From assembly GCF_009914755.1 (NCBI RefSeq), contig NC_060925.1: 64,000 bases of DNA, one strand, 5' to 3'. Below are positions 1 to 11,450 of this stretch, piece by piece (position 1 is the stretch's first letter; each line of letters opens with the position of its first letter). The DNA comes from the human T2T-CHM13v2.0 reference genome, Homo sapiens. Under the pieces are notes generated by a model. It was not told where the DNA came from. It was given only the letters and a program-made list of their open reading frames with translations, and did no database searches. A program made the translations under genes and the position numbers.

Positions 1-424
1 CTTATTTTAATGTTATCTTCAGTTAATATGGAGGTTAATTTTTTCTGTGGGAAAGTTTATATCATCACAGTGTTATAAAAAACTTTTCCTATATGAAAAG
101 AAGTTGATTAGATCTTCTAAATTGTATAAGAGTAAAATAACTGGTGACACTAAAGATAGAGAAGAAGAAAGAAAAGCTGCGTCTAAAGAGAGAGTGGAGA
201 AATAAAACAATCGTAAAGTCTATTTGCACAGATGAAAAAGAGTTTATAAAGTTTAAAAACAACACAACTTATAAGAATAGTGCCAGGAGAGTAAATACTC
301 ACATACCTAGAGGCATGTTGATCATATTATTAATATAAATTCAAAACATGTTATCTTAATTAGACAAAATATTTAAACTCAACACTGTCTAGAAAATATA
401 AAAAATACATGATATTTGAAAAGT

Positions 425-427
<3 letters not shown>

Positions 428-473
<46 letters not shown>
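428..473. repeat. (TA)n microsatellite
   Basis: Uninterrupted AT dinucleotide run. Confidence 0.97.
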
Positions 474-477
<4 letters not shown>

Positions 478-2004
478 TTCTAAGGTCACCTTGTAGATAA
501 AAACATTTAAAAATTAAAGTATATTTATATTGAAGTAACTGGCAACATTTGAAGTGGTGCCAAAACTCAATAGCAAATGATGATCTTTCGTAAATTGCGA
601 ATTTATGTTATTGCAAAGTTCAATATAAAAAACTCCTAAAATTCTTACATAGTTGAAAATGAGCTGTCATTTAGAAATATTGTTACAGAGAATATGCATG
701 TATCTGAAAAAGCCAAAATAAATTTTGAATGACACTAAAGCATCAAGAAAAGTCAAAATACAGCATTTCTAACAATATATTTATGATCTCAGTGATATTT
801 GAAAGAAAAAATACTTTATCCTTCCCAGTGATCTCCTAAAATATATCTATTCTACCCTGACATATTGAAATGAATAGAGCAGGCTTTCCCAAGAGTTCAG
901 AGTACCTCAGTTGTGGATCCAGTTATATTACAAGTTGTCTTTCTGCCTCAAAATAGGAAATGAAATAGACCTTAAGATGTGTTATCAATATTCGCAGGCT
1001 TTCTTATGATTTTTTTCCCAAAGTTACTGAAAGCTTTCAAATATGAGTGGTTCAAAGGTTTTGAAAAGAAGATCAAGATAAAATTTCTTAAATTAAAGTT
1101 CCAAAATAGTAAGACCAAATCTTAAATTAAATCTCATTTTGCATCATCCGATAATAGGAGATAGCTAAGGATATGGGTGATATTTTTCAGGAAATGTCAT
1201 GTCATATGTGATGGGTTATTTCTTTCATAGTCTCAAACATTTAATTGGAAATCTTTGCCAATTTGTGGTTATAATAACCTGTTCTGGGAATATGTGGCTT
1301 ATTTCTTGAGCAAGATTGTCATTCTATTCAATTTGATTTTAAACATGCATTTCAAATTCTTCAATGTATCCTTATAATAGCTACCATTAATGTCATCAAC
1401 TACAAACTACACTGCACAATAAGTTTTAATTTACAAATTACTTTTAACCAATACATTCTTAAGATGACGACTACAAATTACAAGTAATTTAGAGCAATTT
1501 GAAAAAAAATAAGTAAAATTATAATTGAATGGACCTATTTCAGAACACTACAATTAAATATGATAGATAAAATTGGCTAACTACATAAATTCAGGGGATT
1601 GGTACCTGCAGATTTTTATGCCTTTTTAAGAGAAGCTGATAAGGTGCTGAGTAAATCAGACCAACAAAATTTGGTAATGCCTTTTTTTTGATGCATGTAT
1701 ATCATGTTAATAGGAAACATGTAAGTTAAAGAAATAGATAGCATAGATGATACAGGAAGAAGAAAGGAAAGCAGAAGTCAGCGTGAAGGGTGGTGGGGCA
1801 GGCAGTATCCTGCAAGTGGTAAAAATGGTAAAAGCATTAGCAGGAATTTAAATTTGTATTTAGTAGGGAAGCCTCCCTAAGTATAGAGTACTATTAAAGC
1901 AAAATTCTGCAACCTATGTGATTTTAACAATAATCACATGTAATGTGTAAGTATCTGTTCAGTTTTACATTTTGCAAATTTTTATTCTTACAACATCATC
2001 AACA

Positions 2005-2235
2005 ATAATCAACACTTACTGAGATCTCAATAAGTTCTGGGCACTCTGATAAGTACTGTCTGCATTATCTTATTTTATCCTCAAAACAACCCTTGAGATA
2101 GCTACTTGGATTCTTCTTATATTTCAAATGAGAAAACTAAGGTTTAAAGAAATAAATGAATTATACAGACATATAGCTATTAAGACAGACAGAATTCTAA
2201 CCCATATTGACCTGACCTTGGTGCTTTCATTGCTT
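2005..2235 (-). mobile_element. MIR SINE relic
   Basis: Antisense MIR core, 'tttcaaatgagaaaactaaggtttaaagaaataaatgaatt'. Confidence 0.75.
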
Positions 2236-2689
2236 CAGCTTTGTCCTCCTCTTATGTGGATAATTGGTGAACTAAGTAGGTAAAATATATTTCAACTTAT
2301 ATTTTCAAAATTAGAAAAACTACAAATAGGTATTTTAATGTCTTGACTAATCTTTCATACATCAAATGCAATTCAACAAAATAAAATATGGCTGAAAGAG
2401 ATGTGAGGAGTCACCCAGCACACTTAAGGGCTTTGTATTTTTTCGCAAAATTATCTAATTTATTTTCAAAATATAATGAGTGACTTGTATATGTAGAGTA
2501 CTATGATAGATATTTTGAGATTAAAAAAATACTTCATAGACCTTGATGTCTATCAAGGGATCAATCTGTACCAAAAATTGTAATTTTTTAATGGAGAATA
2601 ATAGAAAAGTAGGAACAGCTTTGGAAACATATTGGAAAAATAATAACGTAGCCTGGGGAGTAAAAGAAGGTTTCCTGGAGAAGTAAATA

Positions 2690-3180
2690 TTGGGTAAGCA
2701 GAATAATTGCCTTCCCCAAAATGCCTACATCCTACTCCTTAGAATCCATGAATGTCTTGGGTTACGGGACAAAGGGGAATTATAGTTGCTAATTACCTGA
2801 CTTTAGAATACTGAGGTTATCCTGGATTAACTAGGTGGGCTCAATATAATCCAAACAGTCATTTGAAGTAGAGGAAAGGAACAAAAGAGAGAAGCAGAGA
2901 CATTGCAAAATAAGAAGGAATCAGCTTAACCATGCTGTCTGAAAGCTGGACTAATGGGGGCATTAGCCAAGAGATGTCAGTGGCCTCTAGAAGCTGAAAA
3001 GTTAGGAAACTATTTCTCTTCTAAAGCCTCCAGAAGGAATTCAGCACTGACATATTGATTTTAGCCCAGTGAGCCTCCTGTTGGACTTCTGGCCCCCAAA
3101 ACTATAAGATAATAAATCTGTGTTGTGTTAAGCCACTAAGCTTGTGGTAATTTGTTAGTACAGCAATCAAAACAAATCAA
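2690..3180 (+). mobile_element. MLT1D-like MaLR solo LTR
   Basis: Collinear with the MLT1D consensus: 'gcagaataattgcc', 'gcctctagaagctgaaaa', 'gcctccagaagga', 'aataaatctgtgttgtgttaagccactaag'. Weak L2-like sequence on both flanks. Confidence 0.88.
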
Positions 3181-4229
3181 ATCCCTAAACGGAGACCTTG
3201 AATGCACGCATAAGAATTATATAATATGGAGACTCTTGTCACCAGTACAAGGAAACATATGTGCAAGACCCAGAGCTGAGAGTATGCTGAAGGTAAAACA
3301 AAAACAAGAAGTACTTCCTATAGGGGCTTGTTATTCATGGTCAGGTTGATGGACTTTATCAGGGGGCTAAAATAGAAGTTAAAATCAGATAAGTGACATA
3401 AGGTATGTGTTTAAGACAGGTGACACTAGCATTATGGTGAAGTTTTATAAACTCAGATTGAAGGGAGAGGGTAAACAAGACTGAAGGGCATATTAACAAT
3501 GAGTTGCCTATGAAGAAAGTTATTGAAGACTTTGATAAAATTAAAAACAGAGTCACATAAGATTATGTGCAAGAAAATGTAATAAAGGAAGCACAGATAT
3601 ACAGGAAACAGGGAGGACTGAATTTAAGATTAGATGCCATGGAAATACTTTGAGAAACAGTGATGTTTGAGCTTAAAACAGCCCCCAGAGTCCAAATTAA
3701 AATAAGCAAGTGGCCTCTGGAAGCTGTGGTGTTCCCAAGGAGGAAATTCGACCTAGTGGAATGGCCATTGCAGATATGGTCACAGAGAGCAATGGATAAG
3801 AACAAACTTTCAAAAGGCAGGGGTCAAGGACTGCAGATAACACCAGACAACTAATTTCCTCACAGAGAGCACAGCCAAAGCCTAATCAAGAGACATGCCC
3901 TACCCATAAATTCGGAAGTCTTCAGCATGCATAATATTTTTATCAAGAATTGCTTTGTGTCTTCTATTCTTCCCTCTTCTACACGAGAAATGCAGTTATT
4001 GTGGCTATCATCTGTCTGGGCTGGAAAATGTTGTTGCTTTAAGTTCATTCATTGATAGATGTGAGGAACCAATCCAGAATTGATGGACATAACTCTGCTA
4101 GATCCAAAGATCTTGGGTACAATGATTGGAGGGAACTTTGGTTTGTCTCTCATGCAGTGGATGTAAGTATATTCCATATTTTAAAAGAAAATTACATTTA
4201 TATTTTCATGTCCCAAATAGTAGAATTTT

Positions 4230-4652
4230 ACAGAAATTGCAAACTCATCACCTACCTCATTTCCTCTTTTTTCTAAACACACAGGCAAACAATACTTCCC
4301 AGCCTCTCATGTTGTTAGAAGTAGATTTGTGACAGTTTTAGCAAACAGATGATATATGGGAAAACATGAGAAACATTTCCAAGCATGATACATCAAAACT
4401 CGTTATGGTTGATCCCCCATGATCAATCCCCCCACCCCAAACAACTGGACACCGGTGCAGCTGAGGATGACAGAGCTGTCAGCAACGTGGGGCCCAGAAT
4501 GACTGAGAGGTCAGTCCTATCACCTCCAACTCTGAAGACCAGGAAAATCAGCATTGGAAAGTTCAGAATGACAAAAAAAGGTTGACTTTATTTTGTTACT
4601 GAAACTTCGTGGTTTGTTTGTTACAGTAGCTAATGTAACCCTAACTCAGACA
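4230..4652 (+). mobile_element. Ancient ERVL/MaLR LTR (LTR16/MLT1-type)
   Basis: 'acttcccagcctctcatgttgttagaagtagatttgtgac' near the 5' end and 'ggtttgtttgttacagtagc...ccctaactcagaca' at the 3' end. Confidence 0.6.
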
Positions 4653-4654
4653 TT

Positions 4655-4822
4655 CTTACAATCCAATGAGGTAGATTCAATTATTGACTTCATTTTAGAG
4701 GTGAGAAATCTGAGGCACTAAGAAATTATGTTACTTGTCCAAGGTTACACTAGTTAATGTGTGGCAGAGTCAGAATTGAGCCAAAGAAGTGTGGCTACAG
4801 ATGCTCTTCTCTCAATTGCTAT
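4655..4822 (-). mobile_element. MIR SINE relic
   Basis: 'cattttagaggtgagaaatctgaggcac...acttgtccaaggttacac...ggcagagtcagaattgagcc'. Confidence 0.85.
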
Positions 4823-5287
4823 TCTGAGACAAAATTATTGGGTTTGAACAAGAATAAGTTGCTGCTGACCCTGGAAAGGTGTATTTCAAAGTAGCAGTGG
4901 GAATAAGTTATGATTATACACAGATAATATTAATATGGTTAATATAAACTATCACAGTATTTTACTAAATCTCTCTAAAACTCTCAATATTTTACTAAAT
5001 GAGATTTATAATTTTCACACATTCTGACAGCCTCAGTGCTATAATGCATAAGGGTTGCAGAGACCTGTGGGACCTCTAAAATCTCAAATCCATTTCAATT
5101 CTAAACAAAAACACATCAATAATATTCATGCTGAATCTAAGTCCTGAAAGAATTGTTGAGTTTACATTAAACTAGTTTTGAATTCACCAATTTAAGCATT
5201 CATGAATTCAAGACAACCAAGAAAAAGAGTATGAAGGACTTCTAGATTTTATAAAGGTTGGATTATCATTTATTATGCTAAAAATGT

Positions 5288-5588
5288 GGCCGGGTGTGGT
5301 GGCTCATGCCTGTAACCCTAGCATTTTTTAAGGCTGAGGTGGGCGGATCACCTGAGGTCAGGAGTTCAAGACCAGCCTGGCCAACATGGTGAAACCCCAT
5401 CTCTACTAAAATAGAAAAATTAGCCGGGCATGATGGTGGGTGCCTATAATCCCAGCTACTCGGGAGGCTGAGATGGGAGAATCACTTGAACCCAGGAGAG
5501 GGTGGTTTCAATGAGCCGAGATTGGGCCACTGCGCTCCAGAGTGGGTGGCTGAGCGAGAGTCCATCTCAAAAAAAAAAAAAAAAAAAA
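5288..5588 (+). mobile_element. Alu (AluSx-like), full length
   Basis: GGCCGGG start, dimer with A-rich linker, 20-nt poly(A) at 5569-5588. Confidence 0.97.
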
Positions 5589-6094
5589 GTCTCTAAAATA
5601 CCTTGCCTTAAAAAACAACAATTACTCTCAGCAGCAGCTGATGTAAGGGGTCTTCTTGAGAAGAAATGGGGCACGTAATTGCTGCTAACACCTACCCCAA
5701 ACTCAGCCATTACCAAGGGCAGCTATTCAGTTTCTGTCACTCACATCAAACCTCCATGAATGGCCTTGTCTTCAATTTCATGGTATAAACTGAGGCCATT
5801 ATGGAGAAAGTTCTTCAAATTTTTGATCTCCATCTCTCAAGTTGTCTGCAATACATCCCATATGTCCCTTCTTCCCTCTTGCCAAAGGGAAAGTGTTGAT
5901 GTCATTTTATGTTGCACATTATGCTTGAGACCCAATTCCCTGTCTCATATTCATCATTCCCTTTCTCTTGGATTTTCAGTTATGCTTTTTCTAATTTATT
6001 ATAATAGTTTCCCAGTTCTTAAGAAAGTCACATTGAAAAAAAAATCACAATGAACAATTATCATATTCCAAATAAGCATATATTTTTTCATACA

Positions 6095-6425
6095 TCTATG
6101 CCTTTACCCGTATTGTTTCCCCTGCTAGAACTCCCTGTTAATTATTTTAGCCTGTTGAACTCACACTTATGCTGTAAGATTTTTACTTTATCTCCTTCTT
6201 GGTAAAATCTCTACTAGTTTGAATGAGTAGAATTGTTCATCCATGTTATGCACTCTAGCTGCAATTGATTGATCTCTAGGTTACTTGTGTAAAAAATAAA
6301 TTTATCTGTTACATGTTGATTTTCCTCTTTGACTAAAGGCAAAATTCGTGTGTAAGCATAATCAGTTCCTGAGCACAAAAACTAGCATTTAAAAGTTCAA
6401 TATATATTTGAATGAATAAATAAAA
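6095..6425 (+). mobile_element. L2 3' end relic
   Basis: Ends in 'ttcaatatatatttgaatgaataaataaa', the typical L2 terminus. Confidence 0.6.
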
Positions 6426-7148
6426 ATACTATTCCAAGGAAAGAAGCAAATCAGATACACCTTTCCTCTTTCTTTATATTGGTAAATAATTGAACAAGGA
6501 AAGGTATGCTCAAATTCACTGTTTTAAGTTTAATCTTAATAGTAGCCCAAACTACCTTACATTTCAGGTTTATAATCAATGTAGAATTATAATACCTGTA
6601 TTTGCATCTCTTCCTAAGAATAGTCTCATTTATTTATTTCCTCCTGAGATCCCATTTCCATTCTAGTTTTATTAAACTTTATCTAATATTTTCAGCATTG
6701 GGGGCATGTAATGATTCTTGATTTGATTCTTTTATTTCTATAAAGAACTTAGATGCAATAGTTTGATTTGTACCAATTTCCCTTTCACTTGATTACAGGA
6801 GTTAGACTATGGAAAGCAATATATCTCAAGTATTCTTTATCCCATCTAGTTCTTGAAAAATAGGTGCTTGCATGTTGGCAGCCCATATAACTCAATCTCC
6901 CAAACTGCTTCTCAGGGTAATGCACTTATAGGCTAAAGCTTCTTCTGAAGTCTGGTGATAAATGCAGGATTAGGGAAAGGTTTTGATTATTATAATGGGT
7001 CCCTATTTTTTTTCCTCTTGTTTAAAAAGTAAAGACAAATAGTAGCTCAGAATTAAATTTCACAGAGATTTTTTTTTTCCACTTGATCCCTGAATTATGA
7101 AGCTGGGACATACTCCTGACTGGTTCCTCATCCCTAAAATGATTATAT

Positions 7149-7461
7149 CAGATGTAGATCTATATAATTCATTCTGTCTTTCACTTATTTTGTAAAATAA
7201 ACAGCTTTAATTACTTTATCTTCTTAAATGAGTGAAAATTAATAATGCGAATAAGTGAAACACTTTTCTGCTTAGTATGTAATAACAAAGCGCAGATGTA
7301 GATCTATATATTTTGTTCGGATGTAGATCTATATATTTCATTCTATCTTTCACTTATTTTATGAATTGAACAGCTTTAATTACCTTATCTTCATGAATGA
7401 GTGAAAGCTAATAACAGGAACAAGTGAAACACTTTTCTGCTTAGTATGTAATAATAAAGCT
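7149..7461. repeat. Diverged tandem duplication (144 bp + 25-bp partial copy + 144 bp)
   Basis: Units start 'c(a/g)gatgtagatctatata' at 7149, 7293 and 7318. Both full units share 'aagtgaaacacttttctgcttagtatgtaataa'. Confidence 0.95.
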
Positions 7462-7837
7462 CAGACCTGGTTGTGCTTATTCACCTTAATATTTCATGCT
7501 CCTACTCACTAGCAGAACTTTAGGATATTCCTTACATGTGCCTGACTCAAATATCGCACCTTCATCTAAATCCATCCTTTAGGATCTAAACCCAGGATAT
7601 TTATCTTCACATTCTCTTCTGAAGCTTGGAATACCTTACGCTCCCTTATTCCCCTTTCTCCTCTTTACATGGTTATGTCCTTCTCCTCTGGCATATCTTC
7701 TTCCTTCACTGGCCTCATTTTGGGTTTTGGCACTTTTTCACACTGTGTATTCCTGTGTTATAGCTCTTATCCCAAAGTTGTTGTTGTGTTTTTGTTTTAA
7801 ATTACTTCCCTGTTTCCATTATTAGAGAATAGGCTTC

Positions 7838-8251
7838 TGTATTAGTTCATTCTTGCACTGATATAAAGAAACATTTGAGGCTGGGTAATTTATATAAAAA
7901 ATAGGTTTAATTGGCTCACTGTTCCACAGGCTGTACAGAAAGCATGATGGCTTCTGCTTCTTGGGAGGCATCAAAAAGCTTCAAATCATGGTGGAAGGCA
8001 AAGGGAGAGCCAGCATGTCTTACATGGCCCGAGCAAGAGCAAGAGATTGAGGGAAGAGGTGCCACAGCTTTTAAACAACCAGATCTAATTAGAACTCACT
8101 ATCACAACAACAGCACCAAGGGGGATGATGTGTGTCAAACCATGAGAAACTACCCCCTTGATCCAATCACCTCCCAGCAGACCCCACCTCCAGCATTGGG
8201 GATTACATTTAACATGGGATTTGGATGGGGACAAAGATCCAAATCCTATCA
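7838..8251 (-). mobile_element. MSTA-like MaLR solo LTR
   Basis: 'tgtattagttc...' to '...aaatcctatca', with a perfect 5-bp TSD GCTTC (7833-7837 and 8252-8256). Confidence 0.93.
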
Positions 8252-8429
8252 GCTTCCTAGTAAGTGCTATATTGTATTTATCTTTGCACATTTGACGCCT
8301 AGCACTAAATCTATCACTTATAAAGATGTCATTTTTAAATTTTAAAAATAGAAAATGGAATAAAGAATATTCTATAAGTTTTTTGTTTAAATTTTGATCT
8401 TTGTGATATACGTGTGTGTGTGTGTGTAA

Positions 8430-9320
8430 ATGTATGTGCTCACTTAACTTGGTGGATAGGTTCTTGGTAACTTTGACTTTAAGCAATACAATGTATAATA
8501 ATGAAACAAATTTTAACACAGGGTGATTGATATACACAGGGTTAACTTCCTACAGTATATTTCTGGTCATAAAAACACCACCAAACTTCCAAATAAATAC
8601 CCAAAACACTCCTAATATTAAACACTGAAATAAATATCATCTATGCATACAGGTAAGAAAGATTAATAATAAATAAGATAATTATTTACTCGATTTTTAG
8701 TGAACCAGTGAGTGATGGTAGTTGTAATTGTGGTGAGTTAAATCAAGTGAAGTTTACACAATGAACATTGTTAGGAGACCCTCCTACCACTACACAGTTC
8801 AAAAGCAAACAATTACTAATAGGAGATCCCACTGGGCACTTTTATACCACATTGCTTATTGTTGTGCATTTGTATAATTATCGTATACTTCATGAATATT
8901 TGTTTTATAACAATTTGTATTTATTCATTCATTCATTCATTTTCTAACTCACTTATTCCTATTTAGGGTGGTGGGTGGCCAGAGACCATCACAACAGCTC
9001 AGGGCACAAGATAAGAACCAGCCCTGGACAGGACACCATTCCATCACAGGTCATAGTCACTCCCACCCCCCAACACACACACACACACTCACTCACTCAT
9101 ACTGGGACCATTTAGGCAGGCCAGTGAACCTAATGTGCATATCTTTGGGGTGTGGGAGGAAACTGAATTACCTAGATAAAACCCATGCAGATATGAGCAT
9201 GTACATACATGCTCATGATATGAGAACGTACAAACTCCACACAGACAGTGGCCCTGGCCAAAAATTGATTTTGTTAATCATCAACATTTTCATGAAACAA
9301 TATTATCTGATGTCCTGCTG
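8430..9320 (-). mobile_element. MER6 non-autonomous Tigger DNA transposon, near full length
   Basis: Termini 'gtgctcacttaacttggtggataggttcttgg' and 'tcctgctg'. Internal 'gggaggaaactgaattacctagataaaacccatgcag...caaactccacacagacagtggcc'. TG/TA microsatellites on both flanks. Confidence 0.88.
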
Positions 9321-9537
9321 TGTGTGTGTTTGTATATATGTATATATGTTATATATATATACACACACACACACGTATGTATATGTCTGTATATACGCAC
9401 ATTTCCAGATTAAAATGGAGTTTTATAATAAATAATCCTTTAAAATAAGAGACAGATGTTAAGAAAAATAATGAATGATCTTACATTTTTTATGCTGTAT
9501 AGGGGCAGGGCCAGACTAGTTAGTTAGGCAACACGAC

Positions 9538-9556
9538 CCTACCATCTAGTGGTCAG
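9538..9556 (-). promoter_or_regulatory. Candidate CTCF motif
   Basis: Minus strand reads TGACCACTAGATGGTAG, one mismatch to the CCASYAGRKGGCR core. Motif match only. Confidence 0.4.
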
Positions 9557-11234
9557 AACACTGAAGAATAGAGTTGAGTCAGCAGACAGGGAAGAATTAA
9601 TCAAAGCTAATCTCTACCATAAATCCAATACCCAATAGCATGCATCAGAAATGGAAAGAATTCATTACCACTCTATTTATTATCCTGAACTGAACACATA
9701 ACTGTAATTTGAATTAAGTTAAAAATCATATACCTCCTAAAGTACCATTCATGTATGTTTCTAATTCTCTTCGATAACTATTTATAAACCATGCATAAAA
9801 GAGGAAGCAAAGGGAGAAATATTTTGAACATGAAGTGAAAATTATAAGATTCTGATTTATAGAAATAAAAATGAGACTTCTATATATTTCAAAAATTTTT
9901 TAAAGTTTGTAGAACCAAGTCAATGTAATAAATGTTTTATTAAGTAATAAAATTAGCCAAAAGGTCTCTTGATTAGGAAACAACAAAAGCTTTTCAGTTT
10001 CACTGGCTTTATATTTTGACTGATTAAACAAATTTGGGTATTATTTACTCATCATCATTATTCATTAATTGACGTTTTATTATCTTTGCTTTGGAAACAT
10101 CATGATGGCAAAGAATCGCCTCAATGTATTTGTTTTTGAAAATTATTATACTGCATATTTTCATCTGAAGTTGATAGAACAGGTAATATTTAAATATAGT
10201 TGGTTTTTACCTTGTGGTATGCAAACCTCACACCATTTGGAAAAATGGTTGCTCAACATAACAAGAAGTAGTCTTTGTTTTAAAAATGATGTTGTTGTTC
10301 ATGTTACATGCAAGAAAAAGTATAAGCCTACAATTATTAAGTGAGTTTTCTCTAAAATTAATGAAATGATTTTTAAAACTATTGAAATATATATAAGATT
10401 TTTTCATAAATCTATTTTTATATATGTGTGCATATATATGTGTGCATATATATATGATTATTTCTCATACATATATGGGAAATAATAGTATTTTAAATGA
10501 AAGGTAGTTCATATAATAAACCAAGAGATTACATATAATGGATCAAAAAGCTGAAGAATATGGTATTTCCAGTAAATACAGTAGTTGATCCTAAAAATTT
10601 GTTTTGCACCTTATCTCTAGAGACAAGTTCAGGAAGGGGCTGGGAAATGAGAAGAAGATAAAGTCCTGATAGGTTTGTGCATCTGAGAAGAAAACCAGTT
10701 CTTTGTCTTTAAATACAGTCCAAAAATATTACAAGGCCTGAGGATTGCTTTGCTCTCAGTTTTGCCTGAGAACAAAATAATAGTCTGCACCCTGTGTTAA
10801 GACCGGTAGGCCTAAATGTGCTCCACAGAGATGTAGAATATTTCTCACTTGTGACAGAACACCATGGATTGCGTATACACATGATTGAGTACACAGACAG
10901 ACCTGAAGAAAAAGTGCGGCTGAGAAACGGGAATATCCTAGAATATTCATCACCTAAGACAGGGTAGTGATGAAGACATTGCAAAGGCCGTGAACTTGAA
11001 TAAAAAATGAATCCGAGGACCAGAAATGGTTTGACAAACCCTTGCCAAAGCCAACATGTCAATCTTCCCAACATACTTCTCAGAAAGGATGGAGGAATCT
11101 TGAATTAGGGAATTTACATGTCTACCATCCAACCAAATAGATATGCATATAAATATTAAATTTTCTAATAAATATAAAGTTACATTCCTTTTAGTTCTAC
11201 ACTGTATGATTTTTAACCAAATCACCATCATCAT

Positions 11235-11450
11235 CATTATCAATGTTCTGAGTACTCATTAAGTTTCAAGCAGTAATGATTTCCTTCACATTAATTATCT
11301 CGTTTAATTTGATCAGCTCTTTTAAAGAGCGGGTGATGCAACTCACATTTTTACACATTCAAAGCGCAGAAGGATTATGTAACTTGACCATATTGTACTT
11401 TGAGGATTCAAGGTCTTAACTGGGGTTGTATTAATTCAAAGTGTAGGCTA
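11235..11450 (-). mobile_element. MIR relic
   Basis: 'attaattatctcgtttaatt...catttttacacattcaaagcgcagaaggattatgtaacttgacc'. Confidence 0.6.

Noticed and set aside
7149-7340. Three copies of 'gatgtagatctatata' resembling a CRISPR-like repeat-spacer array
   Set aside because: Spacing is irregular and the spacers are copies of each other. It is a tandem duplication in a eukaryotic genome with no cas genes.
7911-9435. Longest ORFs in the window (144-155 aa)
   Set aside because: They lie in the MSTA LTR, MER6 and microsatellites, and show no coding-like composition.
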